64,000 nucleotides of DNA from the human T2T-CHM13v2.0 reference genome, Homo sapiens. Below are positions 51,576 through 64,000 of this stretch, in pieces (the stretch's first letter is position 1; each line of letters begins with the position of its first letter). The stretch lies in assembly GCF_009914755.1 (NCBI RefSeq), contig NC_060934.1; one strand, written 5' to 3'. A model generated the notes under the pieces. That model had not been told where the DNA came from, did no database searches, and saw nothing but the letters and a program-made list of their open reading frames with translations. Position numbers and translations under genes: made by a program.

Positions 51576-53919
51576 CCCGTAGTGACTAACAGGATCTCCC
51601 TCCAGGGGATTTGCAGGAAGGGGAGCAGAAAACATCCCAGGGGCCTTTCACAGCTACTTCCTTGAGCCCCCTTTCAGACAGTGCTGTCTAGACCTGTCTC
51701 AGCCCAAGCATCACCACCCTGATACGCAGAAGCTGGCATCCTTACCTGAAATTCAACATCAAGAAATGATCTCTTCTACTCAACACTGATAGAAATACCT
51801 CTAAGCAACGTCCTCATTGGCAGGGGTGGAGTGGGGGAGTTTCTTAAAAAGTGAGGCCTCTGCCTACCACCTAGAGAACCTGGAAATTTCCATCTGTGCC
51901 ACAAAGTCCAAATCACTGGCCACTGCCCCAGTGTATGGCAGATTAGAACATCTCTCCATTGGATCTGGGTTTCTATTCCATTGAGTGAAATGCCTTTTCT
52001 ACTACAGGAACAGAATAAGGGATCAAAAGGGTCTTACAACTGAACTCCAGTGTACAGTCTGCACAGACACTAGGCTTGTGCAAATATGACACAGCGAGGC
52101 CCCAGGACCCTTAAGCCAGCTGAATGTACTGAGTTTCAGGAAACAGTGAGATACATTCAGCAAAACAGTGGGCTTCATGCTGAAAGAAGTCAATCCAAGT
52201 AAACACACATCTCACACACACACACACACACACACGCACGCACGCACGCAGACACCCTAGTGGCCAATAGGTCCTCTCACCAAAAACCTGTGATCAGGAG
52301 AGCAGAAAGCCTCCCAGGGCTCCACCACTGCCCTTTCTGTAGCCCCTTATCAGACGGCCAGCCTCAGGACAGCACTGTCTGATCCTGGTCCAGCCCAAAC
52401 CGCCATCACCCTGTGATGTGGGAGCAGGCCACTTCACCAGAACCTCTGTGGCAGAAAAATTTCTTTCTTTTAAAATGATGAGGGGGAACCTTCAGACAGT
52501 GTCCTGATTAGGGTGGGTGGAGAGGGGGGTTTCCCAGAAAGTCAGGCAGGGCAGGGCAGAAGCCCTCTGGGTTAACTGAGTGCTTTTGATATGAAGGCAG
52601 GTAAGACTGGACAGGTGGGGGTGTTAGTGAGGGGATGGTGTAGGGTGTGCTGAAGAACTCCACTTGGGCTCTGCGCACCAGGGAAAATGACCACAAAACA
52701 TCCCATCTTCACTGCTCAGAGAAGGCTAGATCTGCTGTGAGCTAGGAAGCCATGTGGGGGCAGCTGATGAGTCATCAAATGGGAGAAATCTGAGAGCCAT
52801 GTGTTCCACAGGCCTCTGGTCCTTGTTCAGGCAGCAGGGCACTGTGAGATGTGGCTCCTTGGCCCTTTCCAGCCACCACCTTGATTGCCTGCTGCAAGGA
52901 AAGAGACTGAAGCCCAAGAATGGGGTCTTGCTCACCATAGGATGATGGCTCAGTGTGCAGAGCTGAGCTATGGCCCAAGAGGCAAAAGGTGGGGATGACC
53001 CAGGCTGAGCTGGGGGATCCAACTGAACATGCACTTGCTAAGAAGCTGTGGGCTATGATGCCTTGGGACCCCAGTCTGGGTCGAGAATTGTAGCAAAACA
53101 GGCTACTGGTAAAAGTTCTTGGGAAGCCAACTCACTTTTGCTTTCATCCGTGGGCAAACAAACCTCTGATCAACCACACCACAATGGTGTCACTCTGTAA
53201 GGCACAGGCAGACAAGGCATCCAGCCTTGCACACTCCAGGGCCCACACATGTCCAGAATACAATGGTTCTTGTTGAGACTCCACTCTTCCAACTCAGACA
53301 GAAGCTCCCCAATCTCCTCAGCCACTCCCAACAACTGGAGGTCTGAAAACTTTCATGCATGCCGCTATGGTCTAAACCACTCGTGGTGGTTTTGATTTTC
53401 ATTTTCCTGATAATCAGTGATGCTGAGCACCTTTCCATATGCCTTTTCACCAACTGGATATCTTCTGTGGCTAAATGTCTATTGAAATCCATTGCCCATT
53501 TACAAATCTGCTTTTTTGTGGGCTTCTTGATGTTTTTCTTTTTTTTTTTCCTATTTATTTATACAAGTTCCTTAGATATTTTGGATATTTTTAAAAATGA
53601 TTTTCAATTCCATTGCCCAGTTATAAATCTTTTTTTTTTTTTTTTTTTTTTTGAGACAGAGTTTTGCTGTTGTTGTCCAGGCTAGAGTGCAATGGTGCAA
53701 TCTTGGTTCACAGCAACCTCCACCTCCCAAAGTCAAGCAATTCTCCTGCCTCAGCCTCCTGAGTAGCTGGGATTACAGGCATGTGCCACCATGCCCGGCT
53801 AATTTTTGCATTTTTAGTAGAGGCAGGGTTTCTCCATGTTGGTCAGGCTGGTCTTGAACTCCCGGTCTCAGGTGATCTGTCCACCTTGGCCTCCCAAAGT
53901 GCTGGGATTACAGGCATGA

Positions 53920-54123
<204 letters not shown>

Positions 54124-54699
54124 TAATTTTTGTATTTTTAGTAGAGACGGGGTTTCACCATGTTGGCCAGGCTGGTCTCAAACTCCTGACCTCAGGTGAT
54201 CCACCCACCTCCCAAAGTGTTGGGATTACAGGCGGGAGCCACCACTCCCGGCCCCATTTTGTGTTTTAACATCAGTCGACACTCGTATTTTAAAATAATA
54301 ACAATGAATGGCGGTACCTTAGAACAAGGTAATTATACATCTTTCTCTTGTCCTAGTGCAGACATTTTGTCTATAAAATGTTATTCACAGATGAATTCAT
54401 GAAAACATTACTGTGAATTTTAAATCCATATACAAGTGTATGCTTGTTCATGAATACTTCAATAAAATAAAACTAATAGCAAAAAAGAATTCCAGAGTTG
54501 AAGCAGTTTCAGGAAAAAGGAGTTGGCAGTATGAAGTAAAATAGAAAAAAATGGGTTTTTTTTTAAATGGGTATATTTGTGTCTACAACTTTTTTTTAAT
54601 TATAGCATTAGACAATGTGTATATATATATACATATATAAAGCAATGGAAGTGGCATTGTTTTCATACTAGTCTAGGATATTAAAATATATGTAATATG

Positions 54700-55530
54700 T
54701 GATTGGCAAAATAATGGCCCCCCAAAGATGTCCACAGATTCCTAGAACCTTACATGAAAACGGTACATCATGCATGTGATTCAGGTAAAGACCTTGACAT
54801 GAGGAGACTACCCTGGTGCTATGGAATGAACGTTGTGTTCCGTCAATGTTCATGTGTTAAAATCCTAACCCTCAAGGTGATGGTATTAGGAGGTTAAGCC
54901 TTACGGGAGACTCTGCCCTCATGACTGGGATTAGCACCTTATTACAGGCACAAGGGAGCTTGTTTGTTCCTCTCACCATGCGAAGACACAGCAAGAAGGA
55001 AGCCTCTATGAGAAAGCAGGCCTTCACCAGACACCAAGACTGCCGGCACCTTGATCTTGCATTTCTCAGCCTCCAGGACTGTGAGAAACGAAGTTCTGTT
55101 ATTTATAAGCTACCTGGTCTAATGCATTTCCTTGTAGCAGCCTGTATGGATTAGGACAGTGGGCTCATGTGGATGATGACGGTGTGTCCATTCAGGACTA
55201 AGTAAGCACATGAGTCCTTAACAGTGGAAGAGAAGGGGGAAGGAAAGAGCCACAGAGACATGTGGCCACAGAAGAAGGGTCCATGGGATGCAAGGTTGCT
55301 AATGGTGAGAGTGGAGAAGAGCCCAAAGCCAAAAAATGCAGGCAGACTCCAGAATGTGGAAAAGGCGAGAAAAAAGATCCCCTAGAGCCTCTAGAGATGA
55401 AGGTAGCCTTTCCACCACCTAGATTTTAGCCCAGTGAGATCCACATCATACTCTGACATACAGGAGTGTAATAAATTTGTTTTATGCCCTGACATAGTGG
55501 TAGTTTGTTGTAGCAGCAATGGACTAGTAA
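54700..55530. mobile_element. nested MaLR LTRs (MLT1-type)
   Basis: aataatggccccccaaagatgtccac start; inner copy at about 54818-55158 with an accttgatcttg motif. Confidence 0.65.
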
Positions 55531-55546
55531 TATATAAATATATATA

Positions 55547-55577
55547 TACACACACACACACAAACACTACCCCCCCA

Positions 55578-55630
<53 letters not shown>
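55547..55630. repeat. compound (CA)n microsatellite
   Basis: direct reading. Confidence 0.95.
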
Positions 55631-55632
<2 letters not shown>

Positions 55633-57119
55633 ACTATATATATCCTACCCTTCAAAATTGAAGCAGATAAACTACACATTAGCATTAACTTAGCTGGGTG
55701 TAGTGGATCATGCCTGTAGTCCCAGCTACTCAGGAGGCTGAGAGGGAGGATCATGTGAGCCCAGGAGTTTAAGATCAGCCTGGGCAAACACACTGAGGCC
55801 ACATTTCAAAAACAAACAAACAAACAAAACACAACAAATCTTTGATTAAGCTCATTTCCCAAATTTGAAGAGGAGACAATTATTAGATAAAGAGGAGAAA
55901 AGAGAAAGGTAGAGCTGCTGACTTTTGTGGCGGAAGCAGAGGCACAGGCCCAAACATACTCCTTTCCTCCTGGCTTTCCTGTCCCTTCTCATAAGGGACA
56001 CATGAACCTCTCAAACTGAACCATGGATCACAGACCCATACTCAGAACTCAATACAGTTTTGTTCTATGATTTTTTACATGTCTGTGTCCTTGCTTCTGC
56101 CTCCCATTCCCAACTCCCTTACTCTAGTTAGAAAAAAATGGCTATTACCAAATATGAGTACATCCTCATATACTAATGCCAACTGATCATCACCTGGTTT
56201 TCTTCTTTTACAAAGTCATAAATCTTTAGACTTTAACACATCTTCCAAGCAATAGAATGTTATTTTCCAGTCCATTAACACAAATTCTATATTTAAAATG
56301 AAGACTTCACAAGTTGATTTAAATAACATATTAACCAACATAGACTGGCCATGGTTCAAACTGACATTTTAATTAAATGTGATGATAGGTTGAGTAACCT
56401 AGCAGTACTCTAAAATGACTTTTGGTTATGGCTTTTTCCATATTATGTTTAGGCTGAGGCATCCCTAAATGATTCAACTGTAATTCCTCTTCTTAAACAT
56501 GAGATTTATCTTTACAAAATAATTTATTTTCTTAAAATTACAAGTTAATTCTATAGTTCATGCATACATAATCTCAGCAGATATCAGCTGTATGTGTACA
56601 CACATACATATAGGTATTTGTATATACACACATTACATAATTTTTTTAAAAACTTATTAGTAGGGTAGAACCACGAAGACAAAGAGGCTTTGTGTAATGT
56701 GATGGAAACACATTTGCAGGACGAACAACAGGCTGCTGTGAGGGCTGCATTTACCCTTTCTACTGTAAGACTTGGAAAAACATGGATAGTGGATATTTAA
56801 TCCGCATAACAGAAATTTCAGGGTGCAGAAAACTTCCCACAATTTTTACAGACAATGTCAACAGACAGGCATTCAATGCAGGGAATACACAGTGTGACAG
56901 TATACAAAAATAAGCAGGTTGATGGTTTAGATTTATGAGACAAGAGAAAGAAATAGATGATGCCATAATTCTCCTTTTATGGAGTTATGAAAATTGTTCA
57001 TTTTATATAAGGTCAGGTGCTTTCAAATGTCAATGAGAAAAATATTTAAAGGAAGAATCAAATCTAAGACGTGGAGAGATCTTTATAAAAATGACCTTCA
57101 GGCCAGGCACGGTGGCTCA

Positions 57120-57401
<282 letters not shown>

Positions 57402-59850
57402 TTACCTTCATTCTGAGAAGGTATAATCATCAACACATTCTTGAGCAAAACTACGCACATACACACTTCCAAATTCACAAACCATGCTTGTGCACACACT
57501 GATGTCTCTAGATTCCTTTTTTGAAGAGATGGCAACTTGGTGTGTCACCCAGGCTGGAGAGCAGTGTTAGGATCATAGCTCACTGCAGCCTCAAACTACT
57601 GGGGTCACGTGATCCTCCTACATCAGGCTCCTCAGTAGCCTGAACTATAGGAATGAGCCACTATGCCCAGCCAATGTTTTCATTTTTTTGTAGAGATGAA
57701 ATCTTGCTATATTGCCCAGGCTGGTCTTGAACTCCTGGCCCCAAGGAATCCTCCTGCCTTGCCCTCCAAACGTGCTGAGATTACAGGTGTGAACCATTGT
57801 GCCCAGCAACTGTATTCTTTATTAAGAAGAAAATTTGTTTGCTGACATGTAGGCAATGAATTGATAAATAATAGTTCAGAAATTACTAATTTACAAGTCA
57901 ATATAAATGAGGTGAGTAAACACAAAAATAACAGCATAAATAAACAGTTCATGACTTCACGTTTCTTTTTCTCCTTTAAAATGTAGCTCTGACAGAGACT
58001 ACTACTTGTCCATTCCATGGAAAAGTCAGAGGTGGTTAAAATGTCAGAGGTACACTTACTAATACTTTGATGCCTTTTGTGTAGCTTCTTCTCAGTACTT
58101 CACCAGCTGGGATTGACACACCTCTACAGGTGGGTTCAGGAGCCAGACAGCAGCACACAGAATGGGGAATCCAAAGCCATCTCTGACACTAAAAGCAATG
58201 AAAACAAAAATAACCAAACATATTATCAAGAAATGAACAAGAGATTGATATCAAGTAAAGCAAGAAGAGAAGAAAGCATTTAATCTGCCAGGCTTTCATT
58301 CTGACAAAATAATTTACAACATGCATGTCTCTATCTGACATGAGTGAATAGAAAAAGAACCCAAATACCCAGTTGAATTGCAAGATGAAAATGAAAAAGA
58401 ACTCTTGCTTATTCGCCAGGGTACAATCTAATCTGGGCTACTAAAACACTTTCATGCACTGATTCTATGTAACACATGCTTTATTGCCATTTGGAAATGG
58501 GATTTCTTGCTTTGATTTAAATATACTTCCTTGGATTTCTGCTTTAAGTATACTTTCTTAAACATATTCACAGCTACATTCTCAGTACAAATTTTCAGGT
58601 GTAAGTAACTACTTCTGCTTTTGATAGTATAATTGGTGAAATAAGCTATACTTCCATGTAAATGTGAGAGTACAAGGTAAGATTCCAGAGTCAAGTAAAA
58701 CATAACAGTCAAGAAAATAAAAAGGTGAGAGTAACTGGGCAGTGGGGAAATCTTGTGTGTGGAAAGAATGAATCTGTAAAACTGTTCTTTCCTAAGAGAG
58801 TTCAGCAGGATTTGGATGATAGAGAGCTTTGTGTACAAGGGTTCCAGTTCCACATAGTTTAGGTCTAATTTCAAAGGCAACTTCTAGTGCAACCTGTGAC
58901 TCACGCTGTCCTAAAGTGCCAAATGTAAAGGGTCTGGAGATAACCCACAAGCAGCACTGTGAACCCCTGACAGCAAGCCTTTCCAGATAAATACCTGTCA
59001 GTGTCTATAGCTGATGACAGAGCAGAATATCTGAAAAATAATACTTCTTCGGCCAATGGACTGCCAGTCACTATTATTTAGTGTAAAATACTATATTACA
59101 TATGTGTAATTTTTTAAATTGCAGTGTTTCACATCGAAGCAACTAAATATAAAAACCAAATGTTTATTCAGCTTAAAGGCAACTTAGAAATACTGATCCC
59201 AGATAGAAAGATGCTTTAGTCCCAAGTCAGCTGTTCTAAAATGCCACAACTAAACCAACGAAGGGATCTTGAAGCATAGTAAGTGTTCATACCTTTTCAG
59301 CTATACCTCTGCTTGTCTTGAATATAAAAACCTAAGCTGCAGTTATGCCACAGCACAGAATGTGTTATATTTTACATCACTGAGCCTTAGTTTTACAAAT
59401 GGTAAAAAATAGGGAAGGTAAACTGAGGTTTTCTTAAGGAGCTGTTACATCCAAGAGACTCGTGAAAATCTTTGCCAAATGTCCCCGGTACATAGCTCCT
59501 CCCCACTGATGGGCTCAACGGGGAGAAGCTATGCACATGTCTCAATCTGCATATGCTCAATGGCAATACAGGATTCCTAGGATAAAGTAAGGGATATAAA
59601 TGACACAGCACACTGAAAAGACTGTAATGTTACTTCAGAATGTTGCAAAATAAAGATTACAGATGAAAGTTTTAGTTCACTGAAGCATGTAGTCATGTAT
59701 ATTTCATTTGTGTGTTTTAAAGTCTTACACTGCTTACATTCTCTTTTTTTGTTTGTTTTAAAATAATTATATTTGGCTACAAAGATCAATAACAAGGATG
59801 ATGTCAGTCCAGGTTGGACAGGCAGTTCTGGGGCAGATGTTCTTGCAGTA

Positions 59851-61500
59851 TTTTTTTTTTTTTTTTTTTTTTTTAGTATTTATTGATCATTCTTGGGTGT
59901 TTCTTGGAGAAGGGGATTTGGCAGGGTCATAGGACAATAGTGGAGGGAAGGTCAGCAGATAAACATGTGAACAAGGGTCTCTGGTTTTCCTAGGCAGAGG
60001 ACCCTGCGGCCTTCCGCAGTTTTTGTGTCCCTGGGTACTTGAGATTAGGGAGCGGTGATGACTCTCAAGGAGCAGGCTGCCTTCAAGCATCTGTTTAACA
60101 AAGCACATCTTGCACGCTCTTAATCCATTTAACCCTGAGTGGACACAGCACATGTTTCAGAGAGCACCGGGTTGGGGGTAAGGTCATAGATCAACAGCAT
60201 CCCAAGGCAGAAGAATTTTTCTTAGTACAGAAAGAAATGGAGTCTCCTATGTCTACTTCCCTCCACACAGACACAGCAACAATCCGATTTCTCTATCTTT
60301 TCCCCACATTTCCCCCTTTTCTATTCAACAAAACCGCCATCGTCATCATGGCCCATTCTCAATGAGCTGTTGGGTACACCTCCCAGACGGGGTGGCGGCC
60401 GGGCAGAGGGGCTCCTCACTTCCCAGAAGGGGTGGCTGGGCAGAGGCGCCCCCCACCGCCCAGACGGGGCGGCAGCCGGGCGGAGGCGCCCCCCACCTCC
60501 CTCCCGGACGGGGTGGCTGGCGGGGCAGGGGCTGCCCCCCACCTCCCTCCCGGACGGGGCAGCTGGCCGGGCGGGGGCTGCCCCCCCACCTCCCGGACGG
60601 GGCGGCTGCCTGGCGGAGACGCTCCTCACTTCCTGGACGGGGCGGCTGCCGGGCGGAGGGGCTCCTCACTTCTCAGAGGGGGCAGCTGCTGGGCGGCGGG
60701 GCTCCTCACTTCTCAGACAGGGCAGCTGCCGGGCGGAGGGGCTCCTCACTTCTCAAGACACGGCGACTGGGCAGAGACGCTCCTCACCTCCCAGACGGGG
60801 TCGCGGCCAGGCAGAGGCGCTCCTCACATCCCAGACGGGGCGGCGGGGCAGAGGTGCTCCCCTCACCTCAGACGATGGGTGGCCGGGCCAAGACGCTCCT
60901 CACTTCCTAGACGGGATGGCAGCCGGGAAAAGGCGCTCCTCACTTCCCAGACTGGGCAGCCCGGGCAGAGGGGCTCCTCACATCCCAGACGATGGGCGGC
61001 CAGGCAGAGACGCTCCTCACTTCCCAGACGGGGTGGCAGCCGGGCAGAGGCTGCAATCTCGGCACTTTGGGAGGCCAAGGCAGGCGGCTGGGAGGTGGAG
61101 GTTGTAGCTAGCCGAGATCACGCCACTGCACTCCAGCCTGGGCAACATTGAGCACTGAGTGAACGAGACTCCATCTGCAATCCCGGCACCTCGGGAGGCC
61201 GAGGCTGGCAGATCACTCGCGGTTAGGAGCTGGATACCAGCCCGGCCAACACGGCGAAACCCCGTCTCCACCAAAAAAATACAAAAACCAGTCAGGCGTG
61301 GCGGCGCGCACCTGCAATCGCAGGCACTCGGCAGGCTGAGGCAGGAGAATCAGGCAGGGAGGGTGCAGTGAGCCGAGATGGCAGCAGTACAGTCCAGCTT
61401 CGGCTCGGCATCAGAGGGAGACCATGGAAAGAGAGGGAGAGGGAGACCGTGGGGAGAGGGAGAGGGAGACCGTGGGGAGAGGGAGAGTGAGAGGGAGAGC
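59851..61500 (-). mobile_element. full-length SVA retrotransposon (older subfamily, A-C-like)
   Basis: On the + strand: poly-T 59851-59875, SINE-R to about 60370, GC-rich VNTR about 60370-61050, Alu-like region about 61050-61420, degenerate (CCCTCT)n head about 61430-61500. Confidence 0.95.
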
Positions 61501-61684
61501 CAGAATTTCCTTTTTACAGGCAGAATAATATTCTATGTATATACCACATTTTTCTTTTTTTGAGACAGGGTCACCTAGGCTGGAGTGCAGTGGCATGATC
61601 ACGGCTCACTGCAGCCTTGACCTCCCCAAGCTCAAGTGATCTTCCCACCTCAGCCTCGGGAGTAGCATGTACCACCATGCTTAG

Positions 61685-62071
<387 letters not shown>

Positions 62072-62310
62072 TGAATAATATGCTGTTATGAACATGGGCA
62101 CACTAAACACCATTCAACTTAAAAAAATAATCAAAGCCTTAAGAACTGAACCAAAATGGCTTAGGTGAAAATAAAATACCAAACTCTGCTCTAAGAAAAG
62201 GAAAGAGCATTCACTGAATTATACCTTCAGCAATAAGCACTTAATGGAACTTGTTTCATTTAAAATGCACCACAATCCTGTAAATTGATAATCATACCGC
62301 AATTTTATAG

Positions 62311-62616
<306 letters not shown>

Positions 62617-64000
62617 TGATCCTCCCGCCTTGGCCTCCCAAAGTGCTGGGATTACAGACGTGAGCCACTGTGCCAGGCCTAACATTTCTGTTTTAAATAG
62701 CTTAATTAACTACACATGTTCTATATTCTTGCCTCTGAAAGGCAGCTTTTTTTGTTGGGTTGGTTTATTATGCATCAGACACTTGATTTGCTGAGGAATT
62801 CTGTTTTTCAGTAATTCATCCACCACAAATATCACGTAGCATTTTGACTCCACAGACCTAAGAGTCTTAAGTCTTAAAAGGACTGTAAAATCTAAGTTTT
62901 TCTGAGATATCTGAGAGTAAGAGGCTTTTTTCTATTGAAAATAGGTTGCATTTCAAACTTTATCTGTAAGAGCTCACAACACTTTCTCCAACATGCATGC
63001 CCATGTGATCACTTAAACAGAACTCTGAGTGAGACAGTAAATACCTCATATGCCCTTGAAAATTTTACCTTGGCATAGAAAAACCTTGTTAAGAACCTAA
63101 AAATAATTTCACTTTGAAAGTCTTTAGGGTTAGACAAATGTTAAACTTCAATTGGCAGTACAAGGGCAGCACTCAAGCCAGCAAGAGTTTTGTTGGGCCA
63201 AATTATGTTGAAAAAGATCAAATATTTTAAAAACAGGAGATTTCACATAAAAATCTGGGATTCCAGCTTCTTCTGAATAAATGAGGTACACTAATTATGC
63301 AGAGTGGCAAATGGCTGGAGTTGAGTGGGAGGTGTTTCTAGCCCAACAGATAGGCATGGAAGCTCCAGCTCAGCCCCCTCCACTCCATTTTCTTACACAA
63401 GGGAAGCCACTATGGTATAGCATCTAACTTAAGGCATATTATATGTATTCTTAAGACAGAGGAAAAGGCTGAATATTTGATATTGTCAAAAGAAATGAGA
63501 GTCTAACTTTCTGTGGCAAGGACCTTCTTGCAGTAGTCACATAACATAGTCTGGAACACCTCCAACATAAATTATGAAAAGAAAGCTCTTGGCTCAGAAG
63601 AGAAAAAGCAAAAAAGAATACTCATTAATTCTATGTCACAGGACAAATAGATTTCAATTTCCATTGCAATTGTAGAAGAGGTAAATAATCTGCTGACCCA
63701 GAATTCCAACAGGGACTCACACTTCCTGTCTTAATAACTCGAAACACTGAAATCACTCTAACAAAGGCAAATCAATGTCTTATTAATTTCTGGTTAAAAA
63801 ATAGACCCAAGAAGACAGGGCACAGACATAAATTTTGTGTGGTGGGAATACGAATATAACTTCAACGTCCAGATTCATGGATTTGGAAATGACCTTGGGC
63901 ACTCTAAGTATAGCACCACTGAAGTTTACATTTAGGGAATGGCTAATCCCTGCTGATCTAAACTATTTCCAATCCCCAATGTACTCTTTAAATACAGAAA

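Noticed and set aside
60321-61274. Long GC-rich ORFs of 182-245 aa
   Set aside because: They lie wholly within the SVA VNTR/Alu-like region; the frames are open because of the repeat composition.

Overview
Primate (human-type) genomic DNA, very Alu-rich. Gene content fits the 10q11.22 segmental-duplication cluster (AGAP4/CTGLF-type duplicon); this placement is from recall, not from a search. The main gene is an AGAP4-family gene on the minus strand: 8 coding exons, ATG 42411 to TAG 20984, all GT-AG, giving an open 686-aa frame (663 aa if one duplicated 69-bp exon is skipped). It looks chimeric. Exons 1-7 resemble the N-terminal half of cyclin Y-like proteins (CCNYL1/CCNYL2). Exon 8 is an intronless, 5'-truncated AGAP1-like retrocopy (split PH, ArfGAP, ankyrin). 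In this copy the catalytic ArfGAP arginine finger reads His. Downstream lie a FAM25 copy with no recognisable exon 1, a 40-bp VNTR, an LTR14-type solo LTR with a perfect 6-bp TSD, and a 3'-truncated ATXN1L retrocopy. Upstream lie a decayed 5S rRNA gene with a correctly placed D-box-like element and flanking diverged repeats, and a full-length SVA with non-matching flanks. An L1PB with a twin-priming inversion sits in intron 4. Most of the short ORFs in the track are Alu, SVA or L1 artefacts. All family comparisons are to reference sequences recalled from memory.
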